DNA of 64,000 nt from an uncultured Muribaculaceae bacterium (lineage in GTDB: Bacteria; Cyanobacteriota; Vampirovibrionia; Gastranaerophilales; Gastranaerophilaceae). Made by a program: the position numbers and the translations under genes. Below are positions 1 to 10,012 of this stretch, in pieces. The notes beneath the pieces are model-generated. The model made no database searches, was not told the origin of the DNA, and saw only the letters and a program-made list of their open reading frames with translations. The stretch spans positions 61,168 through 125,167 of the forward strand of contig CAZNEN010000002.1 of the NCBI GenBank assembly GCA_964572355.1, read 5' to 3'. Each line of letters opens with the position of its first letter. The first letter of the stretch is position 1.

Positions 1-536
1 GGACAGCGCTTGGCGTTATAAGAAGTGCTTATGCAAAAGATTCGACAATAAGGGTGTTTGCAGATGAAACACGCCCCAGGCAGCAAGGTGCAAGGCTTAC
101 AACATGGGAACTTACTCAGGACGGAATACCTACAACTCTTATTACTGACGGTATGTGTTCATATTTTATGTCAAAAGGTATGATAGATATGGTTGTGGTT
201 GGTGCGGACAGAATTGCTGCAAACGGAGATACTGCAAATAAAATAGGTACTTATACCGTTGCTGTTGTAGCAAAATATCATAATATACCTTTTTATGTTG
301 CGGCACCTTTATCTACCATTGATATTTCAATTAAAACAGGATGTGAAATTCCTATAGAGGAACGTTCAAAAGAAGAAGTAACACACATTAACGGAGATTG
401 GATTTGTGCAAAAGATGTTAATATAATAAATCCTGGTTTTGATGTTACTCCTAATTCATTAATTACGGGTATTATTACGGAAAAAGGAATTTTAAAACCT
501 GATTTTACAAAATCAATAACGAATATTTTTAAATAA
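1..536 (+). CDS. mtnA: Methylthioribose-1-phosphate isomerase (MtnA, eIF-2B alpha/beta/delta-like family), 3' part; the N-terminus lies left of the window
   Basis: The frame is open from nt 3 ([37 protein letters not shown]...). ETRPxxQGxRLT and [18 protein letters not shown] are family signatures. The GTG at 54 in the ORF track is therefore internal. Confidence 0.85.
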   Translation, partial: TALGVIRSAYAKDSTIRVFADETRPRQQGARLTTWELTQDGIPTTLITDGMCSYFMSKGMIDMVVVGADRIAANGDTANKIGTYTVAVVAKYHNIPFYVAAPLSTIDISIKTGCEIPIEERSKEEVTHINGDWICAKDVNIINPGFDVTPNSLITGIITEKGILKPDFTKSITNIFK

Positions 537-554
537 AAGTTAAAGGACTATGTA

Positions 555-2186
555 ATGAATAATGTACAAAATAAGAATAATCGATTTTATATTCTTATGT
601 TAATTATTTCTTTAATTTTTATACGTGTTATTGTATATCTTTCTCGTAACTGTACGCTTTTTGGAGATGATTTATCCTATGGACTTTATTCAACGGGAAT
701 ATTTGATACGTTGAATCCTTTTAGTGAAGTCAGTGCTTTTAAAGTTCATGGCGGAGGTTATCTTTGTTTGTTTTTAACTAATTTTGTTAATTTCCATCTT
801 CCTTATATGTTTAATATACATCCTAATGATTTTATTTCAGCTCCTCATGGAGTAATTAAAGGTATATTTTATTGTCTGATTTTGTTGTCAGTTGTAAATT
901 TCTCCCAAATTTTTAAAAAATCAAAATTAATATATTGTTTGTTTTATATATTTATATTTCTTTATTCCGTTTCTTTAATAATAAATTTGAACTCATTTAT
1001 TATCTCTACTAATCATGCATTCTACAGATACTTTTTTCCTTTGATGTTTTTCAGCTTTTTTTGGAGTTTTATTTATAAACATATTATATTTTCAAATATA
1101 AAACAAAATAATTTTAAATTATTTTTGGCTTCCGTTTGCGCTTTTATAATAGGAACTTCGGTTGAAATATTATTTTTCTCATCTGCTTTTCTTGCAATGT
1201 TTATTATTTTATATAATTTAATATGCCGGAAGTTTTCAAAATCTAACTTATTTAATTTAAATAAAAATTTTTATATTCCTGTAATTGTTTTATTTTCCGG
1301 AGTAATTGCATATACTTTTTCATCAGGTTTTAAAAGTGTTATTGATGTAAGAGGAATGCATGAAGGAGCGTTAAATTTAACACATTTAAAAGAATTTTGC
1401 ATTATTTTTTTTAATACTTATATAATTCCTGATATTATAATCTGGATTATTTTTATAACCGTTATAATATTTTCTTTTTATTTAGGATTAAGAAAAAATA
1501 ACTTAAAAAAAATTATTTTTCCGTTAATAATGCTTATTTCTGTTTTTTCTGTGATGTTTTCACTGGTATTGTGCGGCAAAACATATTATGATGAAGGAGA
1601 ATTCTGGCTTGCTCATCCGAATATACATGTTCTGTATAACGTTTTAATTTTATATCCTTTATTAATGCTGTATAGTTTTTGTTCAAGATATTTTAATTTA
1701 TTGAAAAAAGATAAGAAATATCTTAAAACATCAATAATAATTCTGTTAATATTATTTTCTGTTTATAAAATATTTAATATAACAGAAAATATTCCCTATT
1801 CTTATTGTTATAATGATACCGGTTTAATGGCGGCAGCAAAGAAAAATAATTATATTGCGGAAAAAATATTTCGTTTTTATTATTTACGTAATAAAAAGCC
1901 GTATTTACCCTCGGATTTAAATACAATGGGTGAGTCGAATATAAGATATGCTCTATGGTACAGATATTGCAATGAAAATGATAATTGCTGCGACAACAGT
2001 ATATTTAATGCAAATTACTATATCAGGTTATATAAAAATGAAAATGCCAAAGTGCAGCAATACTGTTTTATTGATGACGGTTATGATGAATTTTATGCTC
2101 AAGGCGGATTTTTTGAAAAAGAAGAATTGAATAATATAAAATTTCAAAATTTATATGAAAAAGATTTCATTTTTAGCAAAAAATAG
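555..2186 (+). CDS. Polytopic integral membrane protein of unknown function (possibly a GT-C-type glycosyltransferase)
   Basis: 543-aa ORF starting 19 nt after the mtnA stop. It has many F/I/L-rich hydrophobic segments followed by a Cys/Tyr/Asn-rich soluble tail. I can name no catalytic motif. Confidence 0.7.
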   Translation: MNNVQNKNNRFYILMLIISLIFIRVIVYLSRNCTLFGDDLSYGLYSTGIFDTLNPFSEVSAFKVHGGGYLCLFLTNFVNFHLPYMFNIHPNDFISAPHGVIKGIFYCLILLSVVNFSQIFKKSKLIYCLFYIFIFLYSVSLIINLNSFIISTNHAFYRYFFPLMFFSFFWSFIYKHIIFSNIKQNNFKLFLASVCAFIIGTSVEILFFSSAFLAMFIILYNLICRKFSKSNLFNLNKNFYIPVIVLFSGVIAYTFSSGFKSVIDVRGMHEGALNLTHLKEFCIIFFNTYIIPDIIIWIIFITVIIFSFYLGLRKNNLKKIIFPLIMLISVFSVMFSLVLCGKTYYDEGEFWLAHPNIHVLYNVLILYPLLMLYSFCSRYFNLLKKDKKYLKTSIIILLILFSVYKIFNITENIPYSYCYNDTGLMAAAKKNNYIAEKIFRFYYLRNKKPYLPSDLNTMGESNIRYALWYRYCNENDNCCDNSIFNANYYIRLYKNENAKVQQYCFIDDGYDEFYAQGGFFEKEELNNIKFQNLYEKDFIFSKK

Positions 2187-2225
2187 CTGTTTATACATAG
2201 AGCTATTTAAAAAAAAAAACTAAAA

Positions 2226-2234
2226 TGTTATAAT
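2226..2234 (+). promoter_or_regulatory. Extended -10 promoter element (TGTTATAAT) upstream of skp
   Basis: TGnTATAAT matches exactly, about 24 nt upstream of the ATG at 2258. An AAAAAGGAG Shine-Dalgarno lies at about 2243-2251. Confidence 0.4.
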
Positions 2235-2257
2235 TAAATTCAAAAAAGGAGTATTTT

Positions 2258-2725
2258 ATGAAAAATAATTGTAAGTTTTTAGCGGTTGCGCTGGGTGCTT
2301 TTGTGATTGGTTTGGCAGTTAATAATTATGCAATTTCTGATGTTCCTTCAAATTTTAAAGTAGCTGTTGTTGATGTACAGAAAGTTGTTGCATCTTCATC
2401 ACAGGTTAAAGCATTAAAAGAAGATCAGAAAAAACAAAATCAGGAAATATCTAAGTTTATAGATAATGCTAAAACTGCTTTGGATAAAGAAAAAGATCCG
2501 AAAAAGAAGAAAACATTAGAAGAAAAATATACTAAAGAATTTCAGACAAAAAGAGAAAATATAGCTAAGAATTATGAAAAAAAACTTCTTGAAATTGATA
2601 AAAATATTTCAAGTTTAATTGATGCAAATGCAAAAGCAAACGGTTATGACCTTGTACTTGCTAAAGGTGTTGTACTTTCAGGAGGAACAGATATTACCGA
2701 TGCAATTACAAAAGAAGTAAAATAA
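2258..2725 (+). CDS. skp: OmpH/Skp-family periplasmic chaperone
   Basis: N-terminal signal peptide (MKNNCKFLAVALGAFVIGLAVNNYA). KVAVVDVQKVVASS start and a long K/E-rich coiled region are typical of Skp/OmpH. The size (155 aa) fits. Confidence 0.8.
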   Translation: MKNNCKFLAVALGAFVIGLAVNNYAISDVPSNFKVAVVDVQKVVASSSQVKALKEDQKKQNQEISKFIDNAKTALDKEKDPKKKKTLEEKYTKEFQTKRENIAKNYEKKLLEIDKNISSLIDANAKANGYDLVLAKGVVLSGGTDITDAITKEVK

Positions 2726-2738
2726 AAATTATTAAAAT

Positions 2739-2765
2739 AAAAAGAGGTTCAACCTCTTTTTATTT
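2739..2765. terminator. Bidirectional intrinsic terminator between convergent skp and the DAHP synthase gene
   Basis: AAAAAGAGG-ttcaa-CCTCTTTTT: a perfect stem flanked by an A-run and a T-run, so it can terminate either strand. Confidence 0.7.
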
Positions 2766-3776
2766 TTAAAAAGATTTTTTAACAACATTTGCAAGAGTCT
2801 TCAAATCAGTAAACAACTGTCCGAATTCTTCGGGATATAGGGACTGCGCACCGTCGCATAATGCTGTTTCGGGTGAATTATGAACTTCAATAATCAGTCC
2901 GTCAGCACCTGCGGCTATGGCTGCTTTTGACATAGGAGCTACTTTGTCCCTTAGACCCGTTGCATGACTCGGATCAACAACAATTGGCAAATGACTTATC
3001 TTTTGAACAACAGGTATTGCAGAAATATCAAGAGTATTTCTTGTAATATGTTCAAATGTTCTTATGCCGCGTTCACATAGAATTACTTCCCGATTTCCGC
3101 CTGCCATTATATATTCAGCAGACATCAGCCATTCTTCAATCGTAGCACTTAAACCTCTTTTAAGTAAAACAGGTTTTTTTATTGCACCAAGATTTTTTAA
3201 TAAATTGAAGTTTTGCATATTTCTTGCGCCAACCTGAAGAATATCAACATATTTCAAAAATATCGGTATCTGATTAACTTCCATAACTTCGGATGTAACA
3301 GCCATATTATATTTATCGGCAACTTCTCTTAAAATTTTTAATCCTTCTTCTCCGAGTCCCTGAAATGCATATGGTGAAGTTCTTGGCTTGAATGCACCGC
3401 CTCTTAATATTTTAACTCCGTATTCGGATAATTTTGCGGCTGTTGCATCCGTTTGATCGTATGTTTCCACCGTACAAGGACCTGCTATCATGCCTACATA
3501 ACCACCGCCGAATTTGACATCTTTTACTTGTATTATTGTATCCTGCGGTTTAAACACTCTGCTTACAAGTTTATAAGGTGATGTAATCCTTATTACTTCT
3601 TTTACGCCGTCTAAAAGTTCTATATCTCTTTTATCTATTACTTTTCTTCCTACCGCACCTATTACGGTATGGTCTGCTCCTCTTGAAATATGAGCATCAA
3701 AGCCTTTTTGTTTAATAAAATCAATAACTTTTTGTATTTTTTCTTCATCAGCCTGCGGCTGCATTACTATCAGCAT
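2766..3776 (-). CDS. aroF: 3-deoxy-7-phosphoheptulonate (DAHP) synthase, type I-beta, with an N-terminal ferredoxin-like/ACT-like regulatory domain
   Basis: The KDO8P/DAHP-synthase I-beta core (GPCTVE, KPRTSPYAFQGLG, QVGARNMQNF, KRG, DPSH) is preceded by a ~65-aa domain. I chose the start at ATG 3776 (MLIVMQPQ...) because a GGAGA SD lies 6 nt upstream. The ORF-track start at 3821 adds 15 unlikely residues. Confidence 0.85.
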   Translation of the reverse strand: MLIVMQPQADEEKIQKVIDFIKQKGFDAHISRGADHTVIGAVGRKVIDKRDIELLDGVKEVIRITSPYKLVSRVFKPQDTIIQVKDVKFGGGYVGMIAGPCTVETYDQTDATAAKLSEYGVKILRGGAFKPRTSPYAFQGLGEEGLKILREVADKYNMAVTSEVMEVNQIPIFLKYVDILQVGARNMQNFNLLKNLGAIKKPVLLKRGLSATIEEWLMSAEYIMAGGNREVILCERGIRTFEHITRNTLDISAIPVVQKISHLPIVVDPSHATGLRDKVAPMSKAAIAAGADGLIIEVHNSPETALCDGAQSLYPEEFGQLFTDLKTLANVVKKSF

Positions 3777-3857
3777 ATTCTTATCTCCATGAAAGATTAT
3801 ATAATAAAAAAGTTTAAACAAATAGAAAGTAAAATTAATTATTATATATAAGAATAT

Positions 3858-6107
3858 TTAGGGTCTTGTTAATGTCAGAGGAATATCTTTCGGATAAATT
3901 TCTTCCGTTACGCCGCTGCAGCCGGTAATAAAAAAGAAATCAAAGTTTTTACCATGTTCTATTTTGAGATCATCAAAAGGAATACTTATTTCAAATATTT
4001 CTTTATTAATATATTTTATATGATGTCCCCATTGCAGTTCCCACAATCCGTCTTTTACCGCTTTTGAAAATTGCATAGGATATTTTCTGTTGCTGGTTAA
4101 TGCTATTTTAACCTCATAAGTATATCCGTCCAATAATACAGGTAATAAACTGTCTGTTTTATTTGTAGTTCTTGAAGGTGATGTTAACTCAAAGGAATTA
4201 TTGTAGGTCTTAATATATACATATATTGAATAATATTCCTTAAAACTTTCTTTGCTTTCAAGAATATATTTACTTATGTCAAAACGCAAATATAAATTAT
4301 CTTTATCCATTCCGAAATAGATTCTGTTTAATAATTTATTTTCCTGTAAAATAGGACCGTCCGGTATATCAATACAGCCTGCATGAAGCCATTCATCATT
4401 ATCTTTAACCATACCGTTTATTAACGGTGAAATTTCTCTTCTGGGATTTCTAAGCGGTTTTCCCATAAAAGAAATCAAAGGCATTTCAAGATATGACGGA
4501 ATGGGTTTTTCGATAATATTATAAACGTTTTTAAGATGTTCTCTGAATAGAAAGTCAAATATATGATCCTGGCCCGAATTATTTGGTTCTCCGTACCACC
4601 AGAACCAATCTGATCCCTCAGCTATATATAATTCGGATTTTGCGGATTTTATCTGTTCTTTTGTAAGCCTGCCTGATTTTTCAGCTTCTTTTAAATCGTT
4701 TCTGGTTTGAACAAGATATTTCCAGGCAAGATTTTTAGTCGGCTCTGCTATCCACAGTTGAAATTCCTGATTAATCCAGGAACCGGAAGTTACTTTTTTT
4801 ATTATTTTCTCGGTTTTCTTATTTGCATTTATATAATCACTTATTAAGACCGTATTAATATTTTTATCTTCATTTATTAAAGAATATAGTCTTTCAAGAA
4901 AAACGGCACCATCTTTTGCATAGGATTCCCAGCTGTTTTCTCCGTCCATTGCGATAGTAAATATATGTTTTTCATCAGGTGAATTTTTTAATTTGTCATG
5001 AACTGTTTTTATTCTGTCAAATAAGTCATTTGCACATAAAATGCTGTCATGATGAGGATATTCAAAACTTATAAGGTTGGGAATTACGGAATCTCTAAAT
5101 ATTATATTAATTTCTTTTCCGCATTTTGTCTTATAAACGTATAAAGAACATACATCATAAGGATCTTCATAACATCCTCTGAAATCCCTGACAAATTCTT
5201 TTTTTATTGAATTGGATAAAACGCTTTCATCCGTTATAACCCATTTAATACCTGAATTAGCAAGGACATCAAGAGATTTTTGGCTTATACAATGCTCGCT
5301 CGGCCATATTCCCTGAGGTTTTTTCCCGAATACATCAGTTATTTTATCTACAGCCATTTTTATTTGTTCTTTTGCATCAAGTAATAATGCAATTTTACAA
5401 TCGGGCATGGGATGTTTTAATGAGGGGGTTTTTAAATCATTCGGATTAATTAATATTGGCAAAATAGGATGATTATAAGGACTTGTTATAATTTCAATCC
5501 TGCCTTCATCCTGATATTTTTTAAATGAGGGAATAATCTGTCTTATTATTTTTCTGTTTAATTCAATTAAGGAAATTCTGTCTTCAAGAGAATAATTGCT
5601 TCCTTTATCAATGAATTGTTGCAGTTCCGGATAAACATTAAACCATATCGGATCAAACCAGACAATGTTAAATAAAAACATTATGTCTGCATATTCCTGA
5701 AGGGTAAAATCTTCAATATCCGTTTCGGTTTTACTGTACCTTTTAATATAAAGTTCGTTATATCTCGGATTTTTTGAAATTAGACTTTCATAATTTGCAT
5801 CAAAAAAATAGTTCAAAATATAAAGTTTATCATCATCCGTTAATTCTTCAACAGGTGTAATTGTTAATTTTGAATGTATATCATGTCCGTCATGTTCCGC
5901 ATAGTCTTCTATTGCGTCAATAAGTGCCGGAACAATACTGAAATTTAATTTTATATTAGGAAATTTATCCAGTAAAAATAGCATATCAAGATAATCTTTT
6001 ATTGCATGAAGCCTTGCCCAAGGCATAAGTCTGATACCATCCGGCTGCGCTTGATAATTTGGCTGATGAAAATGCCACACAAAAGCAATTGATAATTCTT
6101 TTTGCAT
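3858..6107 (-). CDS. Glycoside hydrolase family 57 protein (alpha-glucan-active enzyme), long ~750-aa form
   Basis: All five GH57 conserved regions are recognisable: HFHQPNY, GRIEIITSPYNHPILP, IWPSEH (nucleophile Glu), AMDGENSWE (acid/base Asp) and AEGSDWFWWYG. Confidence 0.85.
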   Translation of the reverse strand: MQKELSIAFVWHFHQPNYQAQPDGIRLMPWARLHAIKDYLDMLFLLDKFPNIKLNFSIVPALIDAIEDYAEHDGHDIHSKLTITPVEELTDDDKLYILNYFFDANYESLISKNPRYNELYIKRYSKTETDIEDFTLQEYADIMFLFNIVWFDPIWFNVYPELQQFIDKGSNYSLEDRISLIELNRKIIRQIIPSFKKYQDEGRIEIITSPYNHPILPILINPNDLKTPSLKHPMPDCKIALLLDAKEQIKMAVDKITDVFGKKPQGIWPSEHCISQKSLDVLANSGIKWVITDESVLSNSIKKEFVRDFRGCYEDPYDVCSLYVYKTKCGKEINIIFRDSVIPNLISFEYPHHDSILCANDLFDRIKTVHDKLKNSPDEKHIFTIAMDGENSWESYAKDGAVFLERLYSLINEDKNINTVLISDYINANKKTEKIIKKVTSGSWINQEFQLWIAEPTKNLAWKYLVQTRNDLKEAEKSGRLTKEQIKSAKSELYIAEGSDWFWWYGEPNNSGQDHIFDFLFREHLKNVYNIIEKPIPSYLEMPLISFMGKPLRNPRREISPLINGMVKDNDEWLHAGCIDIPDGPILQENKLLNRIYFGMDKDNLYLRFDISKYILESKESFKEYYSIYVYIKTYNNSFELTSPSRTTNKTDSLLPVLLDGYTYEVKIALTSNRKYPMQFSKAVKDGLWELQWGHHIKYINKEIFEISIPFDDLKIEHGKNFDFFFITGCSGVTEEIYPKDIPLTLTRP

Positions 6108-6400
6108 AGTTTACTTCCTAATAATTAAGATAATATCATTTTTAATTTTAATAAACAACAGTTGAAAATTTCGTTTAATCTATAAATGTTAAGATATTTA
6201 ACAAATACTTATAATCAACAAATATATTACTATAACTGAATGTTGAGTGTATTGGTTACATCTAATATAGAGAAAAATTTTTTAACATCTGTACAAGATA
6301 AAAAAAAAATGTTTTAATTATATAAAACCTAAGTTAAACTCATCACATAGTGTATATTTAAGTAGTCAAATGACTATTTGAGAGAGGAGATTTGGTATAT

Positions 6401-6430
6401 GCCGTTACAAAAATAACGGTCTTTTTTTAT
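6401..6430 (+). terminator. Intrinsic terminator oriented for the + strand with no annotated + strand gene upstream
   Basis: GCCGTTA-caaaaa-TAACGGTC followed by TTTTTTT. On the minus strand the hairpin is not followed by a T-run. Confidence 0.6.
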
Positions 6431-6446
6431 TTTCTTAAAAAGAACT

Positions 6447-7499
6447 TTAAGTTCTTGAAAATACTTCAACATCAAGAGAATCCATTGTTCCCGAGAGGAA
6501 ATAAGCACTTGATGCTATCATTGCAGCATTATCGGTACAGTATTTAAGTGCGGGAGCATAAATTTTATAACCTTGTTCTTCAAGTGCAAACATTTTCTTT
6601 CTTATTTCGGAATTTGCAGCCACTCCGCCAGCAAGCACTATTGTCTTTGCACTTATATTGTCAGCTGCCTTTTTTGTCTTTTTTAGTAATACGGAGCTTA
6701 CATTTTCCTGAAAACTTGCGGCAATATCGGCTTTTGGCAGAACTTCATTTTCTTTTTGTAAATTTTGTATTAGTTGCAGAGCTGCTGTTTTTAATCCTGA
6801 AAAACTAAAATCAAATTCGTTTTGCAGTCTGGCTTCCGGAAGTTTATAAGCAAAAGGATTGCCTTCCTGTGCAAGTTTATCAAGATTTACTCCTCCGGGA
6901 TATGGTAATCCCAGTAGTCTTGCAACCTTATCATAAGCCTCTCCTACTGCATCATCTATGGTTTCACCTATAATATTTTGTTCGAGAAAGCTTTTTACTT
7001 CTATAATTTGTGTGTGTCCTCCGCTTATCAGAAGTGCTGCAAAAGGCGGAGTTAAATCGGTGTTAAGATAATTTGCACATACATGTGCATTTAAATGATT
7101 TACACCTATAAAAGGTTTATCATGAACAAGAGCAAGAGCTTTTCCTGCATTCATTCCGACAAGTAAAGAACCTACCAGCCCCGGACCGACCGTTGCTGCA
7201 AATGCGGTTATTTTATCTGCGGTTATATTTGCGTGTTCAAATGCCTGTGAAATAACCAGATTTATTGCTTCTAAATGTTCACGTGCCGCAACTTCAGGAA
7301 CAACTCCGCCAAATTCGATATGTGTTTTAATTTGGGAGGCAACAATATTTGATAAAACTTCTCGTCCGTTTTTGACTATAGCAGCTGCTGTTTCGTCACA
7401 GCTTGATTCTATTGCAAATATTATATTGTCTTCTTTGCTGTCGGGTCCTATTAGTATGGTTTTATTACTTATTGGTGTTTTAAATTCTTTTATATTCAT
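6447..7499 (-). CDS. tsaD: tRNA N6-adenosine threonylcarbamoyltransferase TsaD
   Basis: IESSCDETAAAIV, the GVNHLNAHV metal-binding motif, GPGLVGSLLVG and LAGGVAANS match the Kae1/TsaD family. It carries a ~25-aa N-terminal extension relative to the usual start. Confidence 0.9.
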   Translation of the reverse strand: MNIKEFKTPISNKTILIGPDSKEDNIIFAIESSCDETAAAIVKNGREVLSNIVASQIKTHIEFGGVVPEVAAREHLEAINLVISQAFEHANITADKITAFAATVGPGLVGSLLVGMNAGKALALVHDKPFIGVNHLNAHVCANYLNTDLTPPFAALLISGGHTQIIEVKSFLEQNIIGETIDDAVGEAYDKVARLLGLPYPGGVNLDKLAQEGNPFAYKLPEARLQNEFDFSFSGLKTAALQLIQNLQKENEVLPKADIAASFQENVSSVLLKKTKKAADNISAKTIVLAGGVAANSEIRKKMFALEEQGYKIYAPALKYCTDNAAMIASSAYFLSGTMDSLDVEVFSRT

Positions 7500-7566
7500 T
7501 TTTCTGATATTCTATTTTATATATTTTATAATATCATTTAAATAGTTTTTATGTGAGGATTTTATT

Positions 7567-8832
7567 ATGACAAGACCGATGAATATAACGGAAAAAATTT
7601 TAGCAGCTCATGCCGGTTTGGAAGAAGTAGTTCCCGGGCAGCTTATAGGTGCAAAAGTTGATATAACTTTAGCAAATGATATAACAGGTCCTGTTGCAAT
7701 AAAAGAATTTAATAAAATAGGTGTTGACAAAGTTTTTGACACTGCACGGGTTGTTTTTGTTCCGGATCATTTTGTACCTAATAAAGATATTAAATCAGCA
7801 CAGCAGGCAAAAGAGTTAAGAGAATTTGCCCGTGAACAGAAGCTTGAAAATTATTTTGAAGTAGGCAGAATGGGAATAGAACATGCTTTACTTCCGGATA
7901 AAGGTATTGTAACGGCAGGTGATATTGTAATAGGCGCTGATTCGCATACTTGTACATACGGGGCATTGGGTGCTTTTTCAACCGGTATGGGTTCAACTGA
8001 TATAGCCTGTGCAATGGCATCAGGTGAAACTTGGCTTAAAGTGCCTTCGGCAATAAAAGTTGAATTTCACGGCAAGCTTAATAAATGGGTAAGTGCAAAA
8101 GATTTAATTCTTTATTTAATAGGTGATATCGGAGTAGACGGGGCTTTATATAAAACTCTTGAAATTGGCGGTTCAACAATAGAAAATATGCCTATGGACG
8201 GCAGATTTACCATTTGTAATATGGCCATTGAAGCGGGAGCTAAAAACGGAATTATTATTCCTGATGAGATTACAAGACAATATCTTGAAAACAGAACTAA
8301 AAGACCTTATAAATTTTATAGCAGTGATAAAAATGCACAATATGAAGAAGTAAAAGTTTATAATGCGGAAGATATTGAACCTGTTGTTGCGTTTCCGCAT
8401 CTTCCCGAGAATATAAAGCCTGTTTCAAAAGCCGGAGATATAAAAATAGATCAGGCAATAATAGGGAGCTGTACAAACGGAAGACTTTCGGATATTAAAG
8501 CTGCTGCGGAAATACTGAAAGGAAGACAAGTACATAAAGATGTAAGATTAATAGTATTTCCCGCAACTCAACAAATTTATCTTGATGCTTTAAGACTCGG
8601 TTATATTGAGTCAATAATAGAAGCAGGCGGTGCTGTATCAACTCCGACATGCGGACCTTGTCTGGGCGGACATTCGGGTATTTTAGCGGCAGGTGAACGT
8701 GCAATATCTACTACGAACAGAAATTTCGTGGGTAGAATGGGACATGTTGAAAGCGAGGTATATCTTGCATCTCCTTATATTGCTGCGGCAAGTGCCGTAT
8801 TGGGGCATATAGCTTCACCTGAAGAACTGTGA
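7567..8832 (+). CDS. leuC: Aconitase-family dehydratase large subunit (3-isopropylmalate dehydratase LeuC type 2 / homoaconitase-like)
   Basis: 421 aa. [23 protein letters not shown] and CGPCLGG provide the three Cys ligands of the 4Fe-4S cluster. Substrate specificity cannot be told from the sequence. Confidence 0.8.
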   Translation: MTRPMNITEKILAAHAGLEEVVPGQLIGAKVDITLANDITGPVAIKEFNKIGVDKVFDTARVVFVPDHFVPNKDIKSAQQAKELREFAREQKLENYFEVGRMGIEHALLPDKGIVTAGDIVIGADSHTCTYGALGAFSTGMGSTDIACAMASGETWLKVPSAIKVEFHGKLNKWVSAKDLILYLIGDIGVDGALYKTLEIGGSTIENMPMDGRFTICNMAIEAGAKNGIIIPDEITRQYLENRTKRPYKFYSSDKNAQYEEVKVYNAEDIEPVVAFPHLPENIKPVSKAGDIKIDQAIIGSCTNGRLSDIKAAAEILKGRQVHKDVRLIVFPATQQIYLDALRLGYIESIIEAGGAVSTPTCGPCLGGHSGILAAGERAISTTNRNFVGRMGHVESEVYLASPYIAAASAVLGHIASPEEL

Positions 8833-8908
8833 AAACGGATAACATAATAGAACTGCCGCAATAAAAAAACACTTTTAGAAGTTTTTATATGATAAAAATT
8901 CCATTTTT

Positions 8909-9249
8909 TTACATCATTCTGTCAAAAACTCTTTGCAAATAGTTTTTAGGTGATGTTTTCTCTGTTTTTTCGTTATTTTTTATATAAGGTATATCAATAT
9001 TTGTTATTTTGTTAAGTCCGTTAATTGTTGATTTTTCGGAGTATCTATAGGTTAAAACGGATGAATCGGTTTTACTTGGAGTAAGTTCACTTATTGTTAT
9101 TTCAATCATATCCGAGTCTTTACCTATCTTAGAACCTAATTTTTCAAAATATTCGCAATCTTCTTTATTAAGTAGTGATGAGGTGCTTTAATGGTAGTTT
9201 TTGCATTGAAAGAGAGTTGATTTGCCATTGAAATTTTTTGTATGTTCAT
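8909..9249 (-). pseudogene. Two short overlapping-frame ORFs (37 aa at 9136..9249; 66 aa at 8909..9109, frame open from 9187): either a frameshifted small gene or two mini-ORFs
   Basis: ATG at 9249 with an AAGGGA SD gives MNIQKISMANQLSFNAKTTIKAPHHYLIKKIANILKN*. A second frame open from 9187 continues ...SSLLNKEDCEYFEKLGSKIGKDSDMIEITISEL.... One indel between 9136 and 9187 would join them into a ~110-aa protein. Confidence 0.3.
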
Positions 9250-9349
9250 AATATAATTCCCTTATTTGTGAAAAATAACAAGATTTCGTAAAAAAGTTTT
9301 TTGTCAGTAATTATTATATAATATTTTTAAAAAGAATTAAATAAATATT

Positions 9350-10012
9350 ATGGAAAATTTCAATTTTTTAAAAAAAATAAATAGTGATTTATATGAAATT
9401 ATATCGGAGGCGGAAAAACTCTATAAAGATGAATATTTTGAGCAATGTATTGCACAGACAAGACGTTTTGCGGAACAAATTTGCACTGATATATTAAAAC
9501 AAAACAATATCTGTTTAAAAACTTTTGATGAGATGCTTTTGAAACTCAAAGAAAATTCTAACGGAACTATAGAAGAAAAAGAATTTATTGATGATTTATA
9601 TTTTATAAAAAAACAAGGCAATATTTCCGTACATTCTGGAAAAGTTAACAAAAACGGTATTACTGCGCTTGAATGTTTAAAGCGTGCTTTTGAAATAGCG
9701 ATAAATTATTCCGTGTATAACCAAAATGCATCAAAAAATATACTTAAACTAAATTACAATATTGAACTTCTTATAACAGGGAAAGAATCACGGATAAATA
9801 AATTTAAATCTTTGCAAGAGCGATACAAAAAAGAAAAATTGAAACAAACAAAAACTGTATTACAGCAAGATAAAAATGATATTAAAATTAAAACGAACAA
9901 AATTCAAATTAAACCAATAAAAGTAACTTTCTTTTGGAAAACTGTTATTTTTCTTTTCGGAATATCAATAATTTTAATTTTATTTTTAATAATAAGAATA
10001 AATTTATTGTAA
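9350..10012 (+). CDS. DUF4145 (HEPN-like) domain protein with a Lys-rich linker and a C-terminal transmembrane anchor
   Basis: The N-terminal ~125 aa follow the DUF4145 pattern (...CIAQTRRFAEQICTDIL...DDLYFIKKQGNISVHSG...ALECLKRAFEI). The C-terminus FFWKTVIFLFGISIILILFLIIRINLL is a single TM helix. Confidence 0.65.
   Translation: MENFNFLKKINSDLYEIISEAEKLYKDEYFEQCIAQTRRFAEQICTDILKQNNICLKTFDEMLLKLKENSNGTIEEKEFIDDLYFIKKQGNISVHSGKVNKNGITALECLKRAFEIAINYSVYNQNASKNILKLNYNIELLITGKESRINKFKSLQERYKKEKLKQTKTVLQQDKNDIKIKTNKIQIKPIKVTFFWKTVIFLFGISIILILFLIIRINLL

Noticed and set aside
1948-2130. 60-aa + strand ORF nested in another frame inside the 555-2186 membrane-protein gene.
   Set aside because: It lies entirely within a longer, coherent ORF. 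The product is Met/Ile-rich with no features. It is most likely a frame artefact.
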